Shown piece by piece: positions 28,201 through 35,176 of a DNA stretch of 40,734 nucleotides. The notes under the pieces were generated by a model. The model had not been told where the DNA came from and did not search any database. It saw only the letters and a list, made by a program, of their open reading frames with translations. The stretch's first letter is position 1; each line of letters begins with the position of its first letter. Origin of the DNA: a virus. Taxonomy: Duplodnaviria; Heunggongvirae; Uroviricota; Caudoviricetes. The stretch spans positions 64,001 to 104,734 of the IMG/VR virus record IMGVR_UViG_3300049203_000077; one strand, written 5' to 3'. Position numbers and translations under genes: made by a program.

Positions 28201-29335
28201 AGCAGGTACACCAACAGATGTTGGTTTTGTTGATTTTACAGTTAATAGTAATAGTGGTGCTCATAAACGTGTGGCAGCCATTGGTGTTACAGCAGATGGT
28301 GCTACTACAGGTGCTCGTGGTGGTGATTTTCACTTTTACACTAAACCTGATGGTGGGTCACTTGCCGAGAGAATGGGTATTCTAAGTACTGGACAGTTAA
28401 CATTAGGTACTGGTTATAGTGGAGGGTCATTTACTGGAACTGCTGCATACTTGTTGGGTGTAACATCTGGAGGTAATGTTATAGTGACTTCTGGGGGTAG
28501 TTCACAATGGACAACTGCTGGTTCAGATATTTATTATAACACAGGTAATGTTGGTATTGGAGATAGTTCACCCGATGTTAAGCTTGATATAGAAATGTCA
28601 AACACTGGTTCAGATGGAATAATTATAACTAACACGAACAGTGGAGCAGCTGCAAGGCCAATAATAAGAGTTGTTAACGATGCTAGTGAGCTTGGGCAAT
28701 TTGGGATGATGAGTAGCACACATTCAACTTTAGCCAACTATACACTGTTCGAGGCAACAAAGAGCCTGCAATTTGGTACAGATCAGGGTGTAGCTTCTGG
28801 GGGAACTTCTGTCATTAACTTTGTAACTGGTGGTTATAGTGTTTCTCCTGCTGTACAAATAAAAGGAGATGGTAATGTTGTGTTTGGTACAACAACTTCT
28901 ATAGTTGGCACTACTACTAATAATAATGCAACGGCAGGTAATATAGGAGAAGAAATAAGCTCTACTGTGAGTACTTACACTAATTATACTACAACAGCTA
29001 CTTATCAAAATATTACATCTATAACTCTCACACCTGGAGATTGGGATATATCTATTCCTGTTTTTACATGTAGTACAAATTCTGCAACCATTACAGGGGA
29101 TGCTATCTTTGTAGTTAGTACTACAACGGCTAGTGCTTCTGGAGCTGTTGAAGGAGTAAATATTAGTTATATTTCACAATCTACACTTTTAGGAAGTTCT
29201 AAACAATCAGGTATTATAGCACCTTTTAGAGTTTCGTTGGCATCAACAACAACTTATTACTTAAATACACAAGCTTCTTTCTCAGCAGGAAATCCTCAAT
29301 TCGTAGGAACCATAAGAGCTAGAAGGATGAGATAA
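25238..29335 (+). CDS. Tail fibre/tailspike with pectin-lyase-like beta-helix depolymerase domain (1365 aa)
   Basis: FNVKDYGALGDGVTDDRAAI...GGGVLFFPAGEYLLS (Pectate_lyase_3-type start); G/T/S-rich fibre repeats; Cys-rich N-terminus. Confidence 0.85.
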   Translation: MSKSRVCKKNCSCDQNIWYKLNCNNLNFTSEDSTVTITKDGCNFDLSVDALAGSGTVTSVGLTVPSGLSVANSPITTSGTINITTVLNGPVRGTGTGFTTGQINLATEVLGTLAVTNGGTGITALGGALQLLRVNTLGNSLEYFTPSYISGVSLTGDVTGTGTSSLTTTISPQAVTFSKIQNISTQKLIGRYSPSTGSVEEITLGTGLTLSSGGVLSASGGVTSVNFTDGSGFDGTVLNPTTAPVISLTTTLSSGSIPFIGIGGGLLEDNSILFWDNTNKRLGLGTNTPSQRLHVSGSTIISNLATGGTAPTTSGTTRMVISDANGLLSFTAIPVGNTYTSDNGITLTGNNFQLGGTLLHDTVIDATTDYSLSVVGSGAGIPFKVTSDNNIATQIISATSIAVQATAGDSFPAGHFTNSTPYTDSVIDAIHAQHQANGSPASLGIGVGISMNVSDDSGLYQSTRLISKWTDLTHATRSSQFTITGVNSGTSSDIFTLSGSGATRLNKYGTGTFTGTAAYTLQVDSSGNIIEGTVSGGSSTFAGLTDVTLTSLQNGQIASYNSATSEWVNRQPCYFNVKDYGALGDGVTDDRAAIIAARDAAYTSGGGVLFFPAGEYLLSDSITFEHCIRFQGVTKSGGLHNNQAGGVLEKDRLGPIEMSSVIVVTDNKDGFVFDRQSDETKAAFSVENLTFKSTVTPGSNTGGSFIVIKGMLQGTIVKDTTFYGGYIQLNIESGYYQMITGCHFSAPLIAGIKTNNNIRTDTGDFTVLACTFNSGTFATGTAVTKAIWWQSGGGMRVVDCKFDACEFNNANGYQYHIYVENVLDPTSDIILSNNSFENWVVSAVYMRGIVSPYVRNIHITSNQFAPVGSTGPAIDIDQMEVIVVSDFEIRDWGGTVSAAAIKITNCTGVTIGKGHIRDYTSNFDLTGSTDTHIDYMWGGDVAIGTKNTANIAGLNSTLYTTGTILGRATTGQFGAGIVELASQLAELPAGTPTDVGFVDFTVNSNSGAHKRVAAIGVTADGATTGARGGDFHFYTKPDGGSLAERMGILSTGQLTLGTGYSGGSFTGTAAYLLGVTSGGNVIVTSGGSSQWTTAGSDIYYNTGNVGIGDSSPDVKLDIEMSNTGSDGIIITNTNSGAAARPIIRVVNDASELGQFGMMSSTHSTLANYTLFEATKSLQFGTDQGVASGGTSVINFVTGGYSVSPAVQIKGDGNVVFGTTTSIVGTTTNNNATAGNIGEEISSTVSTYTNYTTTATYQNITSITLTPGDWDISIPVFTCSTNSATITGDAIFVVSTTTASASGAVEGVNISYISQSTLLGSSKQSGIIAPFRVSLASTTTYYLNTQASFSAGNPQFVGTIRARRMR

Positions 29336-29347
29336 AATTATTAATAT

Positions 29348-29584
29348 ATGAAAGAATTTTTGAATAAAATAGGTAATGGAGAAATAAGAAGTATACTTGC
29401 TGTAATAAGTATATTAGGCTCTTTTGCACTAATGTTTACTTTTATTTTTGCAGAAATACCTAAAGAGAACAGAGACGTAGTTATGATGGGAGCTGGTTCC
29501 ATCCTAACTGGAACACTTGGAGGTGTAATAGGATATTATTTTGGTGCCTCTAAGGGAAATGAAACTAAAATAAATAAAGTTTAA
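29348..29584 (+). CDS. Small two-TM holin-like membrane protein (78 aa)
   Basis: Two TM segments ending in VIGYYFGAS, a motif typical of small phage holin-like proteins. Confidence 0.55.
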   Translation: MKEFLNKIGNGEIRSILAVISILGSFALMFTFIFAEIPKENRDVVMMGAGSILTGTLGGVIGYYFGASKGNETKINKV

Positions 29585-29607
29585 AAATTATACTAAAATA
29601 AATTAAA

Positions 29608-30066
29608 ATGTCTAGATTAAATAAACAAGTATTAAATGACTACTTCAAATCATTTTTTAAACAATTCTCTCTTACAAAAGAGCAATTTGACAAGGTGAGA
29701 GATCTGATAGATGAAGCAGAATGTGGATGCTGTTCAGTAGTCACTGTCAATTGGATTAGTGACGATGAATCGGCAGCTTCTCCTGCTGCAGAGCAGATTG
29801 TGTTTAAAGATGAAAATGATGAAATTGTAGCGTCTACAAGCATTACAGGAGGGTCTCCTCAGAGAATATGTGTTCCAAGGGAGGCCACAACAATATGTAT
29901 AAATATTATTGAAGCAGTAACTACAGGGGGAACATTTACTCTTACAGGATCTGATGGGTTTAGTCAATCAGGAGCAGATACTGTTACGGAGGGGTGCTAT
30001 TTCATTGGCCCTCTTGAGACATCACTTCCAGCTTCATCTTATATAATTGTGACCGCCGAACCATAA
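29608..30066 (+). CDS. Hypothetical, probably structural protein (152 aa) with ECGCC motif and beta-rich C-terminus
   Basis: Last gene of the + strand module; Cys cluster resembles those of neighbouring fibre genes. Confidence 0.6.
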   Translation: MSRLNKQVLNDYFKSFFKQFSLTKEQFDKVRDLIDEAECGCCSVVTVNWISDDESAASPAAEQIVFKDENDEIVASTSITGGSPQRICVPREATTICINIIEAVTTGGTFTLTGSDGFSQSGADTVTEGCYFIGPLETSLPASSYIIVTAEP

Positions 30067-30084
30067 TCTACGTTCAAGATTTCT

Positions 30085-30135
30085 AAAAAAAAGTTCCGGC
30101 GAGCCTCATGTGCTCCCGGAACTTCCTTATTTTTA
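30085..30135. terminator. Bidirectional intrinsic terminator between convergent modules
   Basis: AAGTTCCGG (30091-30099) / CCGGAACTT (30116-30124) plus inner GAGC/GCTC; A-run upstream and T-rich run downstream. Confidence 0.8.
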
Positions 30136-30143
30136 TTATGTCC

Positions 30144-31166
30144 TTACTTTTTAGCTCTTAGATCATTAACAAAATTCTTGATTCTGTTGTATAGTTCTTG
30201 ATAGAATTCAGGATTGTCTGTTAACATTCCTTTAAACTCTTCAAGGTCATATTTTAGTGGTTCTGTTCCCTCTACAAATAATGTGATTTGCTTTCCCCAT
30301 TTCTTTAGTATTCCTGCTTTGTGACCAAGTTCAATTACTTCACTTACTTTATCAATTCCTTTGGCGAACTCTACATCAAATTCTGCTATTTTAAATGGCG
30401 GACCCACCTTATTTTTGACTACCTTTACTTTCACCTTATTACCAATCATTTCGTCACCATCCTTTACTACATCGTCCTTACCTAGTGCTCTACGAACATC
30501 AAGTCGTACAGAGGCATAAAACTTCAATGCGTTACCACCGGTAGTGGTTTCGGGGTTACCGAACATAACACCTATTTTTTCACGCAGCTGGTTAATGAAT
30601 ATAAGTAGGCAATTGTTTTTTGATACAGTACCTGTAAGTTTGCGCAATGCTTGTGACATTAGTCGAGCGTGAAGTCCCATTTTACTTTCACCCATTTCTC
30701 CTTCTAATTCCCCTTTAGGAACTAAAGCAGCTACAGAGTCAATTAAAACAACTCCAAATTTGCCAGAGCTAATAGCCCTATCAGCGATTTCAAGAGCCTC
30801 GTCTCCACTATCAGGTTGACTAATATATAGAGTTTCTGTATTCACTCCTAATTTCTTAGCGTACTCCATGTCAAAAGCATGTTCAGCATCTATTACTAAA
30901 CACTTGTCGCCTTTCTTTTGAGCTTCCGCTATAACATGAGTAGATAAAGTAGTTTTTCCAGATGATTCAGGACCGTAAATTTCGACAATTCTTCCTTTTG
31001 GTAAACCCCATACACCAAGAGCACTATCTAGACCTAATGAGCCTGTAGACACTACGTCAATTGGTCCAGAGGGTTTATCACCTGCCTTTATAATTGCCCC
31101 TTCTCCAAAAGCCTTCTGAATTTCATCAATAACTTTAGATAATTCCTTTAAATTGTTATCTGACAT
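30144..31166 (-). CDS. recA: RecA recombinase (340 aa)
   Basis: Walker [10 protein letters not shown]; [14 protein letters not shown]; [15 protein letters not shown]; [34 protein letters not shown]. Confidence 0.97.
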   Translation of the reverse strand: MSDNNLKELSKVIDEIQKAFGEGAIIKAGDKPSGPIDVVSTGSLGLDSALGVWGLPKGRIVEIYGPESSGKTTLSTHVIAEAQKKGDKCLVIDAEHAFDMEYAKKLGVNTETLYISQPDSGDEALEIADRAISSGKFGVVLIDSVAALVPKGELEGEMGESKMGLHARLMSQALRKLTGTVSKNNCLLIFINQLREKIGVMFGNPETTTGGNALKFYASVRLDVRRALGKDDVVKDGDEMIGNKVKVKVVKNKVGPPFKIAEFDVEFAKGIDKVSEVIELGHKAGILKKWGKQITLFVEGTEPLKYDLEEFKGMLTDNPEFYQELYNRIKNFVNDLRAKK

Positions 31167-31184
31167 TTATAATTGTTTAGGATA

Positions 31185-31192
31185 CAAAGATA
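31185..31192 (-). promoter_or_regulatory. TATCTTTG -7 promoter box upstream of recA
   Basis: Reverse complement of CAAAGATA, 18 nt upstream of the recA ATG. Confidence 0.55.
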
Positions 31193-31474
31193 CTACTTTT
31201 TCTCTGAAGTTTTGGATATTTCTTCAAGTTTTCTGTAATAAATATCTATTGTTTTCTCTATACTATCAGTTTGACTTTTTATATATTCAAGTGCTACAAA
31301 TGGCACAGAACTAGCTTTTTCTCCACGTTCATTTCCGGCTTTAGCTTGTTCTTTCACCCAATCTTCTAACTTCTTTGTGTGCCATCCAAGTAATCCAAGG
31401 CTAGAGTTAGTATCATGAATTAATGAAGCTAAAGCTCTTTCTTCTGGTTTGTTTCCAAACAAATTAATAGACAT
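31193..31474 (-). CDS. Small helical protein resembling a stand-alone HisKA/DHp phosphoacceptor domain (93 aa from ATG 31474; track start 31510)
   Basis: LASLIHDTNSSLGLL resembles the H-box; second helix ALEYIKSQTDSIEKTID; GAGGAGGGAG precedes the ATG at 31474. Confidence 0.5.
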   Translation of the reverse strand: MSINLFGNKPEERALASLIHDTNSSLGLLGWHTKKLEDWVKEQAKAGNERGEKASSVPFVALEYIKSQTDSIEKTIDIYYRKLEEISKTSEKK

Positions 31475-31676
31475 TATCTCCCTCCTCGTAAATTGCGTCT
31501 GTTTTCTCAAATAAGTTAAAGAAATCCTCTTTTAATCTCACCCAAATGTCTCCATCTGGGTTATCGTAGAGAGTAGCGTAGATGATACATGGAATCCATG
31601 TACCACCTACTTTTATGCTAGTCTCTTCAACAATATAGTAGGGTTTTTCCTTATAGATGTAAACGTTACTTCGCAA
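31464..31676 (-). CDS. DUF1653-like small protein (70 aa)
   Basis: PYYIV...CIIYATLY...DIWVRLKEDFF pattern. Confidence 0.6.
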   Translation of the reverse strand: MRSNVYIYKEKPYYIVEETSIKVGGTWIPCIIYATLYDNPDGDIWVRLKEDFFNLFEKTDAIYEEGDNVY

Positions 31677-32058
31677 GTTTATTAGCTTCTTTTGGAGTTA
31701 AAGGATAGTTTCCAACATGACTATTTGGGAACTTTTTTAGTTCCCTTTCTTTTATCCGCTTCTTGAGTTCCTCTGTTCTATCGTATTCAGCGGCAATTAA
31801 AGCTCCGGCAACAGCGAGCCTTTCCTGATAAGACTTCTCTATCATCTTCCTGCAGTGAGCTATTCCCCAAGAGTCAGGAAAATCATGAAGAACAGGACGT
31901 TCTTTTAATAAAGCTCTAGCAGCTTGAACAAGTTCTCCATTTGGATTATAGAGAATGTCGTCGTTGACAGTAAGTTTATGTTTATGAATCTGGTCGTTTC
32001 GCTCATTTATAATAGCGACAATACCGTGTAAATTATTATTTACGATTGTATCGTTCAT
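31666..32058 (-). CDS. Conserved phage protein of unknown function (ER..Q...DD...GEL..AA...L..AGALIAAE.DR family, 130 aa)
   Basis: ERNDQIHKH...DD...NGELVQAA...ERLAVAGALIAAEYDR motif, recalled from phage hypothetical proteins. Confidence 0.65.
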   Translation of the reverse strand: MNDTIVNNNLHGIVAIINERNDQIHKHKLTVNDDILYNPNGELVQAARALLKERPVLHDFPDSWGIAHCRKMIEKSYQERLAVAGALIAAEYDRTEELKKRIKERELKKFPNSHVGNYPLTPKEANKLAK

Positions 32059-32132
32059 CTTTCTTGTTTTCGTTTTATACGTTTGTTCTTATTCTATTGT
32101 TAACTACATCCGAAATATAACCACTACTAGTA

Positions 32133-33047
32133 TTATTTTGTAGTACTTTTTTGAACTCTTCCATCTATTTGCGTTTCTAGTTCAAGTAAAGCACGATGTT
32201 GAATGAACCCCTTAAGATTCTTACACCATCCGTATTCATCTATTTTCTCTCCATTTCTTATCTCTACTTTTCGAAAACCTTCATATTCTTCTTTACTCAT
32301 ACATCTTGCTACGTGCTCAAATGGACTTGCATGTTTGCTTTTAAGTAGCCTTTCATATAGACGAATATCCTCCTTATAATCATCTTTACCTTCAAAGTTT
32401 AGATAACTTACTCTTGCACAGCGTGCTGTAGCTACTTTTAATTGCCAATCACCTGCTTCTTCATTAGTAAACCCTTTAGTTTTCTGCATGTCAAGGTTGT
32501 CTCCAAAGGGAATATGCCATTCATAGGACTTTAGTACCTTAGGAGTACTTGCATTTGCAGCTTCAAGCATCTTATATGCAAGTTCTTGAATGTGTATTTC
32601 AGCGTCTGGATGTGCTCTTAATGCAAAGAAATTCTCAAACTCGGTTCCCGTACAAATACAGGTGTGCCACATGAAGGGCTCAAGAAGACGATTGGTAATT
32701 TGTTTAGTAGCACCTGCTTCACTTAAAGCTTTTGCTATTTCGATATTACCATCTCTTGCATTAAGCCATGCATTATTTAATCTTTCAATCTCTACATGAT
32801 GCGTAAAGTACTCAGTACCTTGCATTCCTGTATGTTCCTTCATCCATCTGATAGGGATGAATGGATTTTCCCGTACCATCTTAAGCATTTTCTTAAATGG
32901 TATAGCGCGGCTACTTGCACTATTGCGAGATAATGCTCGGTGAGTGTTAAACTCAGCGAGTACGATACGGGGAAAGGTAAGCACATAAGTAATAATCCTG
33001 TCCCCAAATGGACCCAAACTGTCTGCAATAATTTTCGCTTCAATCAT
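32133..33047 (-). CDS. thyX: Flavin-dependent thymidylate synthase ThyX (304 aa)
   Basis: AEFNTHRALSRNSASSRAIP motif; KQITNRLLEPF; NFFALR; HASPFEH. Confidence 0.9.
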   Translation of the reverse strand: MIEAKIIADSLGPFGDRIITYVLTFPRIVLAEFNTHRALSRNSASSRAIPFKKMLKMVRENPFIPIRWMKEHTGMQGTEYFTHHVEIERLNNAWLNARDGNIEIAKALSEAGATKQITNRLLEPFMWHTCICTGTEFENFFALRAHPDAEIHIQELAYKMLEAANASTPKVLKSYEWHIPFGDNLDMQKTKGFTNEEAGDWQLKVATARCARVSYLNFEGKDDYKEDIRLYERLLKSKHASPFEHVARCMSKEEYEGFRKVEIRNGEKIDEYGWCKNLKGFIQHRALLELETQIDGRVQKSTTK

Positions 33048-33391
33048 TCGTAGTATTCGTCAATTAATTTCCTTAAATCAAGTGTATTTGTAATTTTTAT
33101 ATTTTTGTCTTTCAGCCTTGGTTTATTGATAAGTGCTAAATGAGACTCAAAAGAGTCATCCGTATATACCACATCGTATAGAACATCATTTGAACCTGAA
33201 ATTTTATAGGTTAATAAAAAAGGTGTTTTTGAATAAGGTTGTCTAATACTACCTAGAATAGAATATTCAAGATCAACATCAGCGTCTTCCTCCATGCTCT
33301 TAATACTCTTCTCCACATCTGATTTAGGAAGTAAGAATAAATCCTTACCATTCTCTGAAAGACAAATAAACAAAGTTTCTTTTTTAGTCAT
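33044..33391 (-). CDS. Hypothetical protein (115 aa)
   Basis: ORF overlaps the thyX start (ATGA-type coupling). Confidence 0.65.
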   Translation of the reverse strand: MTKKETLFICLSENGKDLFLLPKSDVEKSIKSMEEDADVDLEYSILGSIRQPYSKTPFLLTYKISGSNDVLYDVVYTDDSFESHLALINKPRLKDKNIKITNTLDLRKLIDEYYE

Positions 33392-33407
33392 ATTTTGTTT
33401 TTAGATT

Positions 33408-33435
33408 AAAAAAGTCCCCACGTTTCCGCAGGGAC
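33408..33435 (-). terminator. Intrinsic terminator with GAAA tetraloop
   Basis: Minus strand reads GTCCCTGCG-GAAA-CGTGGGGAC-TTTTTT. Confidence 0.8.
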
Positions 33436-33464
33436 CAAAACCTCTAAAAATGAAAAAAAATCAA

Positions 33465-33656
33465 TTATAAACTGTTCAGAAATGTCTTAGCTGCTTTAAT
33501 AGAGCTTACGCTTTTACAATGGCGTACGCCATCTACCATCTTCCGTACACAGTAGGAGCCGCTTACATCTTTGTAGATGTTTGGAGCTATACGAGTGTAG
33601 ATAGAAGTCTTAAGGTTTTTCTTAGCTGTTTTCTTTGTCGCTTTACGTTTAATCAT
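33465..33656 (-). CDS. Small basic protein with AP2/integrase-arm-like three-strand DNA-binding fold (63 aa)
   Basis: Lys-rich N-tail, then NIYK...YCVRKMVDGVRHCKSVSSIKAAKTF (three strands plus helix); own promoter and terminator. Confidence 0.55.
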   Translation of the reverse strand: MIKRKATKKTAKKNLKTSIYTRIAPNIYKDVSGSYCVRKMVDGVRHCKSVSSIKAAKTFLNSL

Positions 33657-33680
33657 ATTTTTAATTTCAATTTTCGATCA

Positions 33681-33711
33681 CAAAGGTAAATAGTATTTAA
33701 CTATCTACCAA
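33681..33711 (-). promoter_or_regulatory. Bacteroidota promoter TTG-N20-TACCTTTG
   Basis: CAAAGGTA at 33681-33688 and CAA at 33709-33711 on the + strand. Confidence 0.65.
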
Positions 33712-33718
33712 ACATTTC

Positions 33719-33955
33719 TTAGAATAAGTTGGAAATAAATTTTAATCTTTCATAATGAGCTTCTTCTGCTGTAGCGAAATGACCTATGTGAATTGTGGTA
33801 AGTTTTCCTGATACGGTCTTTGCAGATACTTGTGCTGAAAATTTATTTACAGAAGCAGGGTTACTTATCTCGGATACACCCTTATATCCAGTGTTAGTAA
33901 AAGGTTTATATCTTAGCCCCTTTGGTCTATTTCTTTTCTTTTTTACTTCAGTCAT
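33719..33955 (-). CDS. Stand-alone AP2-domain DNA-binding protein (78 aa)
   Basis: NTGYKGVS...KFSAQV...IHIGHFATAEEAH; no HNH domain attached. Confidence 0.8.
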   Translation of the reverse strand: MTEVKKKRNRPKGLRYKPFTNTGYKGVSEISNPASVNKFSAQVSAKTVSGKLTTIHIGHFATAEEAHYERLKFISNLF

Positions 33956-34392
33956 TAAGCTTTTTCTTTGTTAGTACTACCATATCCTCCTTTACCACGA
34001 ATAGTGTCAGATAGATTCTGAGTTACTTTAAATGTAGCTTGTTCTACTTTAGCAATAACTCCTTGAGCAATTCGATCGCCAGTGTTTATTGTGAATGTGC
34101 TATTACCATGATTAATCAAGATAATACCAATTTCTCCACGATAATCTGAGTCAATTGTTCCGGGAGAGTTAAGAACAGTAACACCATTCTTAAGAGCAAG
34201 GCCACTACGAGGACGTACTTGCATTTCATACCCTTTAGGGATTTCAAAGGCAAGTCCTGTACCTACAAGTACTCTTTCTCTTGGACCAATCATATATGTT
34301 CCAGACGAATGCAAATCAAATCCTGCTGCTCCTTCTGTCTGGTATTCAGGAACAGTAGCGGTACTAATCAATTCTTTTACTAAAATCTCCAT
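33955..34392 (-). CDS. dut: dUTPase, trimeric type (145 aa)
   Basis: AAGFDL, RPRSGLA, GTIDSDYRGEI, GDRIAQ, RGKGGYGST motifs. Confidence 0.97.
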   Translation of the reverse strand: MEILVKELISTATVPEYQTEGAAGFDLHSSGTYMIGPRERVLVGTGLAFEIPKGYEMQVRPRSGLALKNGVTVLNSPGTIDSDYRGEIGIILINHGNSTFTINTGDRIAQGVIAKVEQATFKVTQNLSDTIRGKGGYGSTNKEKA

Positions 34393-34724
34393 TAAAGTCC
34401 TCCTTTGTATTTTCCTTCGTTGTAGTATTTTATTAACTTAGAAATCTTGGTGTCAAGACGCTCACCAATCGGGTCTTCTTCTACTTCAAGCTGTTTTATA
34501 ACAACTCCAAGTCGTAGAAAAACATCTCCTACTTCATCCACAATTGCTTGTTTAGAAGGAGCTTTTTCTGGTTTCTTGTTGATGTACTTTAATAGAACTT
34601 CCTGAAGTTCAGAGAGTTCTTCACAGAGTTTTGTAATATTAAACTTAGGGTCGTTTTCATTAAGAAGAACTTCCATTAATTCTTCTTCTGTCTCAATCTT
34701 GTTAATTACTGCTGTTTCGCTCAT
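34392..34724 (-). CDS. MazG-like nucleotide pyrophosphohydrolase (110 aa)
   Basis: KLCEELSEL...IVDEVGDV acidic EExxE...E..D motif. Confidence 0.75.
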   Translation of the reverse strand: MSETAVINKIETEEELMEVLLNENDPKFNITKLCEELSELQEVLLKYINKKPEKAPSKQAIVDEVGDVFLRLGVVIKQLEVEEDPIGERLDTKISKLIKYYNEGKYKGGL

Positions 34725-34733
34725 TGTGTAGTA

Positions 34734-34850
34734 TTAATTAAATAAATTTTGAAATGTATTAGCTGCTGCCCAAAGAAGAGCAGCTATAAATACACCTATA
34801 GCTGCTCCCCAGACAATGTCGCCTATTTTTTGTTTTTGTTCTTTTGTCAT
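34734..34850 (-). CDS. 38-aa single-TM micropeptide, not in the ORF track (MTKEQKQKIGDIVWGAAIGVFIAALLWAAANTFQNLFN)
   Basis: Translated by hand; TAATG overlap with the Tad1-like stop codon; fills the gap exactly. Confidence 0.6.
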   Translation of the reverse strand: MTKEQKQKIGDIVWGAAIGVFIAALLWAAANTFQNLFN

Positions 34851-35161
34851 TATGCAAGATGTTTACCTTCTACTCCCCGCTGAACTCTGTTTTTTGTTCT
34901 CTCGTTTAACCAAATAAGGGCTTGTTGAAGATTACTAATAGCATACTCGTTTTCCTTACAAGGAAACTTCCCTTGTAAATATTCCATTCTGTTAATGAGA
35001 ACTTCTAGCACATCTTCGTTAGTTGTACCGTCTGCTACTGTTACTAAGTATTGATCAGAACCAACTAATTCTTTTTGAATGAATTGTAATGTTTGACCTT
35101 CTTTTTCTTTATTCTCGAAATTATCGAGTTCGTATTTGTGTCCTTCTACTTTTATTTTCAT
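34850..35161 (-). CDS. tad1: Tad1-like (Thoeris anti-defence 1) signal-sponge protein (103 aa)
   Basis: GTTNEDVLEVLINRM...FPCKENEYAISNLQQALIWLNERTKNRVQRGVEG matches the Tad1 C-terminal pattern as I recall it. Confidence 0.75.
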   Translation of the reverse strand: MKIKVEGHKYELDNFENKEKEGQTLQFIQKELVGSDQYLVTVADGTTNEDVLEVLINRMEYLQGKFPCKENEYAISNLQQALIWLNERTKNRVQRGVEGKHLA

Positions 35162-35176
35162 TTGTTGTATATTTAA

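Noticed and set aside
25279-29967. Nested ORFs within the tailspike and 152-aa genes
   Set aside because: Shadow frames of Gly/Thr/Ser-rich codons; no independent support.
32111-32119. TATATTTCG on the minus strand upstream of the 130-aa gene as a promoter
   Set aside because: It deviates from TAnnTTTG and has no clear -33 TTG; too weak to call.
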